From Asterias rubens (taxonomy: Eukaryota), in NCBI RefSeq assembly GCF_902459465.1, contig NC_047062.1:15934001-15998000 (forward strand): DNA of 64,000 nucleotides, in the 5' to 3' direction. Positions 39,230 through 51,475 of the stretch are shown here, piece after piece. Each line of letters starts with the position of its first letter. The stretch's first letter is position 1. The notes beneath the pieces were generated by a model. It had not been told where the DNA came from, ran no database searches, and worked only from the letters and a program-made list of their open reading frames with translations. Both the position numbers and the translations under genes were made by a program.

Positions 39230-41359
39230 TAGACCTTTCATAAAAACTCTTGAGGATAGCATGCTCTAGATGTATCACATTTTAGGCCATAAATCTATCA
39301 TACATATACATGTACATTCCCCCATTTTCAAAAGGCAACAATACAGGCATTTTCTCCTTGGTAGAGGGCACCCCAATATGAGAAAAATTGTAGGTTTCTA
39401 CTGTAGCATTTCAAGGGCACCAAGGCAATGACCATGGGGGCATGGGGAGGCAATCACCTTTGCTGCGTCTGTGTGAAGTATCAGACCTGACAATGTACTT
39501 TTTGTATGTATGGGACCCATCATGCCTCAACAGGCTGCTGCAGTACCCCAGTCCTTTAAAGTCCCACCATAAAGAAAAGGCCGTCGTCATCTGTCTCAAT
39601 TTGCTGCTTGGTGTTCACCTCATTTCAGATGAATCGAGCGGGGGAATTGACAGGCTGGGTTTGGGCAGAGTGTTCTAATGTGTACCTGGGGATGCTGGCT
39701 GAGAGAGGGTAAACATGCAGTGTGTTTGGAAACGGCGAGAAGGGAATGCCACGGGCATGAATGTGGGACTACATTCAGGCATTGTCTAGGTTTCTGCCCC
39801 TACCATGTGCATTTATTAGCCTATAGGGGAGGCCCCTCCCCTTTAATTGGGAATAAGGATGAGCACACCAGAAATAGTTTGGTGAACTAAAAAAAAGAAT
39901 GACTAACTCTTAATTTGTTTCAAACTCAGAACAACAACAAATCTTTTACAAAGTAAACAAAATTGACACATGAACTTTTCAAATTTTAATTTAATTTTTA
40001 TTCTTTCAAATACTAAGTTTGAAAACTATCTTTCAATTCTTTTGAGTGTGAAACTATTATTAGATAAATCTTGCTTGTTCAAATAAAAATATTTATGATT
40101 CTGGTTTTGTGAAAAAAACACTCAGGTCTAGTAATAACTTTGAACTAAAAGCCCAGTTTAGCTGTTCCCCCCACCCCCCCCCAAAAAAAAAAATGAGCAA
40201 GGCTCACCACGATGTTCAAAGCAAGAAGTTGTCTTGCACTATCCGAGGCCAGGAATTTAAAAGGTTGTTTTATGATGAATTAGTAGTTTGACATTTAAGG
40301 CATACTGTACCGTGATATATATTTTTTTTTCTTGGACTGTTTAAACAGCAACAATTCGTATCGAACTGCAAAAGCTAATGCCAATCCATTCCATACAAAC
40401 CTGTACAACATAGAATATGGCAAGTTGCTCTGTATTTACTGTATACTGAGCTATTTAAATATTGGAATTGTCTGCTCTTTTGAATAATCGCTTCCAGATC
40501 CTATCACTAATGTACACAACCGTCCTTAACCAAGATGTTGGTCTAATGTTTGATGAGAAAATAGTGTGTATAGAGGTTATTATGCGCAATAAACTCCAAG
40601 GTCTGAACACACACAGTATAGCATCGCTGTGTTGCACTTGCAGTCATTCTGTTGACATTCCTTTGTTCTGTACACTTTTAAGGACAAACCTGTTCCTCAA
40701 CACGTAAAAAACACATAGTGTTTCAAGTCCCTACATCATAGGGGGAATTTGTATGTAGCGTTGAAACAGGGAAATACAGAGAAGTTTTTTTTTTGTATCT
40801 AGATGTAATAACTTTCAACCGGAATACAGAATAGTAGTACATGTACCTTGGTTATATCCTTCCACTGATGTGTAAGTGCTGTATGCATAAGTGTTTCCAA
40901 AGTCTTGTGGAAAAATAATCCACTCCAACCTACTTGGGTGGGATTCGAACCCACACCCCTTAATCATATTCTAGGGCCGACTAGACCACCGAAGATGCCC
41001 GGTGAGAACTTCAAGAGGCCAGTTCTTGTTTCCTGCTCGCTTTCATTTACAAAGAATAGCATGGCGTGAGATGGCCCTTGTAATGGTACACGTAATTCAA
41101 GAATGAAAAAAAAAAAAAAAAGACTTTGGAATTTTGTCTTTCGTCCTTCAACTTACTGATGTCTCCGGAACCAAGTGTGGTTTGAGCTGTGTGCATGAAA
41201 TGACAGTCGGGAGACAACATCCAAAACAAGTTTACACTGGACATCTCAACCAAGGACCAAAAGTTAACACAAGGACAATCCATAACACAAAGAAATACTT
41301 TCAAACTACACATTTTGTGTGCTCATGTACAGTATGTGTACAATGTTTGAATATCAGAT

Positions 41360-41545
41360 CAGGCCTTTATGCTTTGGGTTTTTTCTCAGATAAAGGGCAA
41401 GGGCACTGAGGCATTTGCTCCTTGGTAAAGGGCACCCTATGAGGAAATTGTAAATTTCTATGGGATCATTTCAAGGGCACCAAGGCAATGACCTGGGGGG
41501 CACGGAGGCAATCGCCTTCATTGCATTCAAGAAGTATCATGCCTG
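41360..41545. mobile_element. hAT-like MITE, full copy
   Basis: CAGGCCTTTATGCTT...GAAGTATCATGCCTG, flanked by the direct repeat TCAGAT. Confidence 0.8.
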
Positions 41546-42003
41546 TCAGATCACTCGGCAAGTTGGTCAGGAACACTTTTTTTCCCCTCAGCATGCATGG
41601 TATGCAGGTGCATCAACTCATGAGTACAAAATAATCCCACAGGTTGTTTTTGAGAAGTGGTGGGGTAAAACAGAGTAGTACCAGAGGTATTTTCCAAGTG
41701 TAACTTCAATTGACCTGTTGTAGCTCAACCTAAGCATCTGACCCACCCTCCCACTCGTGGAGGTCTGATCTCTAGAGTAGGACTCATTTATTCTGCTGGT
41801 TTACCACCATCTTCCAGTTTTCACCGTGAGAACAATTGTGGCTGCATGTATTATGGCTGTAAAACAAAAAGATGGTTGAAGATGGTTTGTATAAATTCAC
41901 ACATTAATTAGCCCAACTGAGAACTAGTATGTTGCCCATTGAGCCAAATTGAGAACTGTACTGCAGTTACATGTGGTAACCCAAATGGAAATGAGGACCC
42001 AGT

Positions 42004-42358
42004 TTTAAAAATAGAATGGCAGCCATCTTGAAAATAAAACATACAAAATATATACTTTGAGGAACCCGGATGCTAAACAATATTTACTTCTTTTACTCTG
42101 TTTAACACACTACACAACACACATGACAGTGGGGACTTCAGTACGGAAGATCAATACAATCTGAATAGTGGAAAAAACAATGAAATTTTAAATAGAATGG
42201 CTGCCATCGTCTTGAAAATAAAGAAAATAAAAATGCCCCTCCCACTTTACTTTTTTGAGAAACCCGGATGCTAAACATTTTTTTTTACCTCGGTCTTACA
42301 CACTACACATCACACAGGACAGTGGGGACTTCAGTACGGAAGATCAATACAATCTGAA
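42004..42358 (+). repeat. Diverged tandem duplication (about 180-bp unit, 2 copies)
   Basis: aatagaatggc.gccatc...acccggatgctaaaca...gacagtggggacttcagtacggaagatcaatacaatctgaa occurs twice. Confidence 0.85.
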
Positions 42359-42703
42359 GAGGCCTCCCAAGATATCTACACATTTGTGTATACGCTTTCA
42401 GTCCCTCTCTTAATGCCTAGGAACTGTGGTTTCAAGTTGAACAGCCTTGCTAAGATGTAATGTAGATGCCAGGGTCTGTGTAAAACAACACACCTTTGGA
42501 GAATGGAGACTTTTTAGTTGGATAGAAATATGGAATTCTGAAATGTGTCTGATGATTGAAAGAGTGGACTTTAATTTCCTGTTTTAGATCAAAATTTTGT
42601 TACTGGTAGAACGATGTACATGTGCATCCCGTAAAGTAGGTATTTGGTGAACATTTTGTATACGGTGGATTTTTGACAAAGGTCTACTTGGATGTTATAT
42701 AAA

Positions 42704-42910
42704 ACAAATAATGAATGTTTTTAATTCATGCAAGAGTGAGAATATTTCCATGAGTTGAATGTTCTATCTAGCGAGGCGGACATTCCATCTTTCAACTCAT
42801 GAAAATATTTGCATCGTTGCACTCATAAACATTCATTATTTGTGTACCATTCAATGAGGTGAAGCCGAGTTGTTTGGATGATTCCATATTTCAACAAATG
42901 AAAATATTCT
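42704..42910. mobile_element. Palindromic element (composite)
   Basis: Arms ACAAATAATGAATGTTT/AAACATTCATTATTTGT and TTCCATGAGTTGAA/TTCAACTCATGAA. Centres cgaggcgg and ATGAGGTGAAGCCGAGTTG. Confidence 0.7.
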
Positions 42911-44897
42911 CACCAATGAACTCAGAATCATTCAAGAGTTAAATATTTGGCAAACAGTATTTTCTGCTAAAAAACTGGGTCCAAGTCCTGCGGATAGATT
43001 TCTTTGGAATGAGATACTTCAATGCCTGAGTGGCTTGTTTTTATGGTAATGATCGGCCATTATCTAAATTTATAGCCTGTCTCTTTTTTACCTCATTACC
43101 ATTAATGGCATAAGAGTCATTAAAGCTATAATGAGTCTGGCTTTCTCCGTCTGAAATTAATAGAAATAAATCATAAACTAGGACTATCGTCAGGAAAAGA
43201 AACTATACTGTCATTTCACAGCTCGATGCGCTGCGCCAATACGTATGCGAGAACACGCATACATTCGTATACATGTTAGTTTGCTCATTGTGCCATGCAA
43301 TATGTGTCTGTTTAAATTAACAAGTAATGGTGAGCTTAAACGAGACTTCTGTCTCCTGTCTGCCACGCTGGTGTAAACTTTCATCAAGAACAACTCCAAA
43401 TGAATGCCAATAATTATGGAAAAGTCATTTGGATAATAAGGTTTATGAATAATACAAACAAGTTTCATTACATTTGAAGGTTAACCAGTGTAATATGTAA
43501 GGCTTGATGAATGTGCAACCCTGACTATACACTACATATTTGTTCAGTCGGGTCCTGAAGTGAGACATGCCTCGATCCTTGAATATTGATTTTTTAGAAT
43601 GTTGTGATGTGGAACTGTACATTAAAGTTTAAAGAGGGGCTCCAAGGTCAATTTCAGAGTTTGAGATCCGCTAGAGAGTCCTTATGGAGAACAAGAATTA
43701 CTTGTCTCCAAGAGTCCAACCTCACATTAAAGTGGTGAAAGTGTTTGATACCATTCAAGTGCAGTTGTGGTCAAAATCCGAAACGTTCAATGATGTCACA
43801 TTTTGTACAGAGAATTTGAATTAAAATGATTGAATTTGTATGCTATTCATGCAAAACAGCAATGAATTTGACCTTTTGATTGACACCAAAATTTGAAAAT
43901 CCAATTTGTTTTTTATGTTCACTGAAGACATGCTTCAAATTTCCCTTTCAAAGAGAATCAAATAAATTGACATTCAAAACACCATTTCAACGTGAGTTTA
44001 GAGACTTGTAAGTGTTTCCCCCCACTTTCATGAGGACTCTGTTTGTTGGAAATTGAGTGCATCACAAAAATGAAATGGTCAGGGAACTGTATTTGAAATA
44101 ATTTAACACACAAGAGAATGACCATACTGTGTACATGTACATTTGTAGTGCAGTCATGGCGTATATTTTTCTCATGATATGCACAAATGTCTGACACAAG
44201 TTTTGCCTGTCGCCAGAAACAAGAAGAGACGGGAAACAAAATATTTACATGTCAGTTTCGCCGTAGGCTTCCTCTGAACTTCTCATAAAGAAAATTGATG
44301 GGCAAGTAGGATATAAATGGCCGAGGATAAGCCACTCAAAATGAAATGGTAATACTAGTAATTATCGGGCAGATGCACGCTGCCCCATTGGCTGTTAAAG
44401 TGAAAGCTTTGCTCTCCAGCCGAAGGCCTGTTGAAAAAATATCCTTAAGCGAGAGCAGTTTTTTTTTGTTTTTTCCTTTTTTTTTTTCGTGGTCCCGCCA
44501 GCATTCATTCATTCCTATTTGTTTTCCACGGGGCAGGTTTTTTTGTTCGGAACAAAGAGCAGAGAGGCTTGTTTGTGGAGATGCTGGTTGGATTTTTTGA
44601 TTGAATTTCTTGAATTGAAATATGCAATTCTTTAGCAGATACGTGTACTCAGGTGCCCCCCCCCCCAAGAGACTATCATCAGTGTGAAGAGATCAATAAG
44701 AGCCCTTGTCTTTACAGGTGTAACTTTTATACCATTTTTACATTACAAATGTATGTCTACTTTTTTTAGGTTAATATTTAGAAGTTGTATATTTTAGGTG
44801 TACATTGCAAAAATATGAACGATAATAATAATCAGAGTAACTTATAGTTAATGGAACCAGATTGAAGGCGACAGGATACATGTTTCTTATGTCTTGA

Positions 44898-45275
44898 AGA
44901 CAGTGGACACTATTGGTAATTGTCAAAGACTAGCCTTCACAGTTGGTGTATCTCAACATAAGCATAAAATAACAAACCTGTGAAAATTTGAACTCAATCG
45001 GTCATCGAACTTGCGAGATATTAATAAAAGAAAAAACACCCATGTCACACGAAGTTGTGTGCAATTAGATGGTTGATTTCGAGACCTCAAGTTCTAAATC
45101 TGAGGTCTCGAAATCAAATTTGTGGAAAATTACTTCTTTCTCGAAAACTATGGCACTTCAGAGGGAGCCGTTTCTCACAATGTTTTATACCGTCATCCTC
45201 TCCCCATTACTCGTCACCAAGAAAGGTTTTATGCTAAACATTATTTTGAGTAATTACCAATAGTGTCCACTGCCT
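44898..45275. mobile_element. Kolobok-like MITE family A, full length
   Basis: Both TIRs present; TTAA at 45276-45279. Confidence 0.85.
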
Positions 45276-45314
45276 TTAACAAAAAATAGGCAACAAATTC
45301 ATGAAGCTTATTAA

Positions 45315-45567
45315 AGGCAGTAATTACTCAAAATATTTATTATCATATAACCTTTCTTGATTACGAGTAATGGGGAGAGGTTGATAATACAAAACATTGT
45401 GAGAAACAGCTCCCTCTGAAGTGACGTATTTTTCAAGAAAGAAGTAATTTTCCACGAATTTGGTTTTGAGACCTCAGATTTAGAATATGAGGTCTCAAAA
45501 TCAAGCATCTGAAAGCACACAACTTCGTGTGACCATGGTGCGACAAGGGCGTTTTTTCTTTCATTAA
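45315..45567. mobile_element. Kolobok-like MITE family A, partial, inverted relative to the adjacent copy
   Basis: TTAAAGGCAG(deletion)TAATTACTC..., homologous to 11244 onward. Confidence 0.75.
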
Positions 45568-45945
45568 TATATATAAATTCACAACATGGCTTTTTTGCTA
45601 GTCATCACCTGTTTCTTCTAAGCAATTTTTTTTCTGTGCCAGTGAATTTTCGTGCTTGACAGATTTGTTGCAAAAGGGCCCTGCCCAATCATAAGTATTG
45701 AACCCATTTCACACTAAACGTGTTTCCCAGGAAAGTTTGATTGACACTTTCACACTTAAATTTCTAACCCTTGCATCCTCCAGGGAAATGGCTTCCCCTT
45801 GCTTTGGAGTAGGATTAATGGAGAAAGCGCCAGGGTTATCACACTGAGTGGGTCATTAATGCTCCCAGGGGTGTGGCGTTGGGCATGGTGGGGTTAACAG
45901 AGCTTCCAACTCTCCCTGATTCTGCAGAAAGTTCCCTGAAATTAA

Positions 45946-46328
45946 AGGAACACGTTGCCTTGGTACGGACGAGTTGGTCTAAAAAAAAGCGTTTGTAACC
46001 GTTTGTGATAAAATGCATATGGTTAGAAAGATGTTTTAAAAGTAGAATATAATGATCCACACAAGTATCACTCAACATTGCACGGTTTTCCTTTTACGTC
46101 GCGAACTAACACGGTCGCCACTTATGGGAGTAAAAAATTTGACTCCCATAAATGGCCGACTGTGTTAGTCGACGAGGTAAAAAGAAAACCACGCAATTTC
46201 GAGGCATATTTGTGTAGATCATTGTATTCTACTTTTACAACATCTTTCTAACCATATGCATTTTATAACAAGCGGTTACAGACCGCTTTTCAAAGACCAA
46301 CTCGACCAATCCAAGGCAATGTGTTACT
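45946..46328. mobile_element. Kolobok-like MITE family B
   Basis: TTAA flanks and the same long TIRs. Confidence 0.85.
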
Positions 46329-46522
46329 TTAAACCAATCTTTCCTTGATCTGATGAACACATTTAAAAGTCTCCCTGACTATGTTTCTATTTTGTTGAAT
46401 GTATTACTCTAAATATGATTGTTGTAGTACAAAATATCCCTAATTGCAAATGTTGGTAGCTCTGGGTTATATCTCCCCCACAAATTTGCTGGTGTTTTAT
46501 TTCTTGGGAAGTGGCTCTTTAA

Positions 46523-46878
46523 AGGAACACGTTGCCTTGGATCGGTCGAGTTGGTCTTTAAAAAGCGTTTGTAACCGTTTGTTATAAAATGCATATGGTT
46601 AGAAAGATGTTTTAAAAGTAGATTACAATGATCCACACAAATTTGCCTCGAAAATTTAACACGGCCGGCCATTTATGGGAGTCAAAAATTTGACTCCCAT
46701 AAATGGCCGACCGTGTTAGTCGACGAGGTAAAAGGAAAACCACGCAATTTTGAGTGATACTTGTGTGGATCATTATATTCTACTTTTAAAATATCTATCT
46801 AACCATATGCATTTCATAACAAACAGATTCAAACACTTTTCAAAGACCAACTCGTCCAATCCAAGGCAACGTGTTCCT
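46523..46878. mobile_element. Kolobok-like MITE family B
   Basis: TTAA flanks and the same long TIRs. Confidence 0.85.
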
Positions 46879-47364
46879 TTAATGTGAAAAGTGCTAAAGT
46901 TTGCAAATAAAACACACGATGGAACTGGAAGAAACATGACAAAGTGCAGCATATTGCAGCCATGATATGTTTCTTTACTTTAGTCTGGGTTTTGTTGCCC
47001 TAAGAAAAATCTGAAAAAATTGTGATTAAAAAGCCTGAAATGTATTGGAGCCTACACCATGTGCATGTACGTAGCTCAGACCTTGTACTCAACTAAAAAT
47101 TCTTACTTTTTATTTTTCGAAGGAGGACCCATTATCATTCATGCCTGATAATGCATGAAAAAAAACATCTACAATGTAGCCTTTAGTCCTAAATTGACAA
47201 TACTTTTATTGAAAGTAGACAGGTGCTCCCCATAAAATCACATTGAATTCTTTGTGCTATCCCAACACACAAATACAGTGCATTGAAGCAATTCTTGCAC
47301 TGTATCTGGGAACTTTGTGGAAAATTTTAACCAATTGTTAGATGACATTCAGGTTAATAAATCA

Positions 47365-47730
47365 CATTCTGAGAATACTTCATGTTCCTTTACTATTTGA
47401 AATCCTGCTCTGGAGTCAAAACGTGAGGTCGTTAATCACTTTTCTTTTTTTTGGTGTCACATTGAGATCTCCTTCAAAAGAAAAACTTTGATGAATCTAA
47501 TGTTGAGCATTGATATATTTGATGGGTTTTGATTGTGCAGGGTTTATTAATCACATCTTGAGAACACTGCATGTCCCTTCACTATTTGGAACCCTGCTCT
47601 GGGGTTGAACTGTGAGGTCGTTGATCACTTTTCTTTGTTTTTGTGTCACATTGAGATCTCCTTCAAAAGAAAACCTGGATGAATCCAAATTTGAGATTTG
47701 ATATATTTGATGGTTTTTTGTATTGTGCAG
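47365..47730 (+). repeat. Tandem duplication (190-bp period) of the B4GAT1 exon 2 acceptor region
   Basis: Two homologous blocks, both ending ATTGTGCAG|GGT, at 47540 and 47730. Confidence 0.9.
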
Positions 47731-47865
47731 GGTACCGCTGGTGCAGTCAACATCGCCTACACAGTAGAATGGAAGCCCCTTTGGGAACCGTTCTTCATCG
47801 GACACCGGGACGTACCGCTTTACGATGAACGATTCAAGCAGTATGGATACAATCGCATCAGTCAG
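47731..47865 (+). CDS. B4GAT1: B4GAT1 coding exon 2 (missed by the ORF track)
   Basis: GTAGAVNIAYTVEWKPLWEPFFIGHRDVPLYDERFKQYGYNRISQ. Acceptor tattgtgcAG, donor GTACTG. 135 nt, phase 0-0. Confidence 0.95.
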
Positions 47866-48689
47866 GTACTGTAGTGTTTTATTGTTCCCTGTTGTTGGGC
47901 TGTCAGTCTAGGTTCCTGTCATACGTTGTCCAATCCATCAATCAATTAACATCCATGTCTGCTTTTAAATACAGCCCCTTTTTACTTTGGAATATTGGGA
48001 ATAGTCGGAGTAATATTTCAGGGAGTATATCATCTAAAGAATCTTAATCACTTTGTGTTTTTTTACAATCTCTTATTATTGTATCACACTATATTCTACT
48101 TTACCATTTACTTTTTTACCTTTGACTATTACTCTCTCCTCAATGATTTGTATGTATTTTGATTTTGTATGTTTCATATTTTACCTGTTACTTGTTTTTT
48201 GTTTTGGGGTTTTTTTTTTGGGGGGGGGTGGGGTTGGGGGGTAGGAGCAGTAAGCCCCAAGTGACAGCAGTCAAATGTTGCACAAATGTTTGACATAAGC
48301 TTATAATAAGATCAGCCCTAACATAATTCTGATTTCATTTTAAATATTTTTATTAAGTGGATAGTATTGTAACTTTTTCTTTAGTATTTTTATATTTCAC
48401 ATGGATTTTACTGTTGTGATTGATTGCTGATTGCTTATATATCTGTATACTTTATCCTTTATTGCTTTATATTGATCACATTTGTGGATCTTACTTTTTT
48501 TTTATGATTTTCCTTATTGTGGTTAAATCTTATATATTTTTTTAAATTTTATTGTAAAGCGCCTGGGAGCATTTAGCAGTGGATTCCGGGCTATATAAAT
48601 GTGTTTAATAATTACTGATGTTATAATGTTTACAAATGTTTCTTTCCCTCCTCTCCTCATTTCCTCCTCTAACTAGGAACGTATCAACA

Positions 48690-49400
48690 GTTTGTTTTTA
48701 CCCACAATAGACGAAGTGTGATTTTGTTTTTCTCCAGATACAAAATGAGCAAAATGTAGGCATAATTATTGTGAAATAAGAAATATAAACTTGTCAGTTT
48801 GTTTCTACCGACAAAAGACAAAGTGTGACTTTTTTCTTCTCCTTTTACGAAATGAGTAAAATGTAGACATACATGTAGTGTGGAGGAAGATAAACTTGCC
48901 AGTACATGTATGTTTCTACCGACAATAGAGAAAGTGTGATATTTTTTTCCTTTTACAAAATTAGCAAAATGTAGGCATAGTGTGGAAGAAGAAATATATA
49001 CTTGCCATTATGTTTCTACCTAAAATATACAAAGTGTAAAAAAAATTTTCTTGCAGTACCGACGCTGCTAATATACAAATAGGATTCAAACTGCCTCTAG
49101 CTACCGGGCAATCTCACTGGTCTAGGATTCAAACTGCCTCTAGCTACCGGGCAATCTCACTGGTCTAGTTGGTACTGCTCTAGAGTTGCAACAATCGAGG
49201 GTTCGAATCCCACCCGAGTGATATGCCTGTGGGTTTTTTTCACAGAACTCGGGAAAGTACTGAGTATACAGTGCTAACACACATCGGTGTACATGTATAT
49301 GGGTAAAACCAAAATGTATATATATTCTTTATCCCCGATGCAAATTTAACATTCTTTCGTTTTTCTCCTGTTACAAAATGAGTAAAATGTAGACGTACAT
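48690..49400 (+). repeat. About 110-bp minisatellite (3-4 diverged units) interrupted by a SINE
   Basis: Unit motif tttctaccgacaa...aaagtgtga...acaaaatgag.aaaatgtag; resumes at about 49365. Confidence 0.75.
49080..49350 (+). mobile_element. tRNA-derived SINE; minus-strand fragments at about 27838-27925, 37040-37100 and 40925-41005
   Basis: A-box-like TGGTCTAGTTGG and B box GGTTCGAATCC at 49200-49210; the 5' 43 bp are tandemly duplicated. Confidence 0.75.
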
Positions 49401-50947
49401 GAAGAAATGTCAGCGGGTCATCGCTATGAAAGTGAGCTTAATTAATGCAGAGGGCAGATTCACTCAGCTGTGCTTCACACTGACTGACTTGATATCCGTC
49501 TGGATGGGACGCGCCAACTAGATATGAAATTAAATCAAAATTCATGAATTGATAAGCCGTGTAGGAAATTAAACACGCCGTTGATTTCACCGGTGCACAA
49601 ACAACCTTGGGATCCCATCTCGCAGGGATGAGAGCGGTGTACCAGCTCATTTCATTCTCGGTTTGTCGTCAAGATTCGCCTAATCCGATTGACCAATCAG
49701 GGCTGTCTCCTTCATTAAACTCAACTCCTTAATTTCCATTTCTTAAAAAAAATACCGCCCCGCCACAAACCAGTAAAACATGATGCTATTACCACTGTCA
49801 GTATCGATCAGTCGTCCCTGTCAAATTTGCAAAGTCCGTATACGTATGCCGGAGAGACACCTCCCGCATTTATGAAAAAATGTGTCGGCCGGAATTTCCG
49901 TTGCTTAGGTTTGTACCTTAAAGCTTTCCTTAATCTGATAAGTTGGTGTAGTCCGGGCATTAGTCTTGCAGATCCAGGTAATGTATCCCTTTATATTCAT
50001 TTCAATTAGTCGGGACACATGAACACTATCATGGCTTCCCGCGTTGAGGCACTGTTCCAGATATTATTTTTTCTCTCGGTTTGGATCTGAAATTTCCGAG
50101 AGCCTTGGGGTTCTTGTGCAAGGCGTCACAGTTCAGTACCATTTTCCCCGCTTTATTTAACACCGGCCATTGATCAGTTTCACAAGAGAGACATTGGCCG
50201 CTGTGAAAACACTTTGTACCGACCTTTTTAGGATTGGGATCAATATTGGTTTATTATGAGAACAAAATACCTACGCAGAGCAAGTGGCGCCTGAATTTTT
50301 CACGAAGCAGAACAATTTATCCAGCTCTGTTATTAAAACAATCTTCTTTAGTAGGTAATAGATTTGTAAGTACAGTGACAGATGTAGTTATTGTGGTTTT
50401 TTTACAGTGTACTCTTGAGGGTTTGTTTGGTCTTAGTTTTCATTACTCAACTTCTTCTGATGCAATGTGTATACTAATTAAAATTGGTGTGTTGAATAAT
50501 TTAAAAGCCCAATTCAGAATATAATTTTTACAGTACTAAGCACTTATTGCATTTGACACCAGCATGTTTTGTTGCTGTCTTTGTATGCAATGAAATAAAA
50601 AATAAAAAAAAACAGAAGTGAGAAAATTGTTCAGTTGAGTTAATTTTGACAATAACCATCCAGACGAAGGAAGCTGGCGTTTGTTTTTCCTGACAAGGAA
50701 TGCATTTCAGCCACAGAATAGAACCAAAAAAAATACTGTGCCTGATCATTTTTGTGCGACTGCCTGGCATGCCTTCTGTTATCTTTGTCAGAAACGGAGG
50801 AAGAATCATGAATGCCATTAATATATGACAGACTTGTAGAGCAAAATTTATTGGATTGACCACTGGGGAAAGCTGAATTTTGCATAAACGGCTGTGCGCA
50901 TAAATTGCATCACAATGGACTCGCATACTAATTTCTCTATGGGTAGT

Positions 50948-51129
50948 CAAGCCTGATACATGTACTTCACCGAGGTAACAAAGGCGATTGCCCTTATGCC
51001 CCCTGGGCATTGCCTTGGTGCCCTTGAAATGCTCTAGTAGAAATTGACAATTTCATGATAGGGTGCCCTTTATCGAGGAGAAAATGCCTTGGTGCCCTTG
51101 CCCTTTCGAAAACGAAGCATACATGCCTG
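50948..51129. mobile_element. hAT-like MITE, full copy
   Basis: Same internal sequence (ggtcattgccttggtgcccttgaaatgctc); no TSD recognisable. Confidence 0.8.
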
Positions 51130-51139
51130 GTGTAATTAT

Positions 51140-51475
51140 TTGTGGCGTGGGTGGCTAGAGTGTAAAGCACTCGCCTCTCACCACCGTGGCCCTGGTTTGA
51201 TTCCCGGTGCGAGTTTTTCTGGCATTGGTTCTCTCCTGTGCAACAAGGTTTTTTTCTCCAGGCCCTCCAGTTTTTCACCTTCCAGAAAAATCAAACACTT
51301 TCGATCTCTGGCAGTGCTCGGTGGTCATATGTTGATGTGGCTGGCTGCCAAAGACAATTCTGTGACCGTGAATACCTCGGCTTGTGTTATAGGCGCGTCC
51401 TTCTCAATTCAGCTTCTCGGCTGCCAGTAAGGACGATAAGCCTCCCAAAGTTGTAAGTTATTATTGTGTGTATTG
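51140..51475 (+). mobile_element. tRNA-derived SINE with a V-domain-like segment
   Basis: tRNA-like head (gtggctagagtg...ggtttgattcccgg), segment ggtttttttctccaggccctccagtttttcaccttcc, and a ttattatt tail. Confidence 0.65.
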
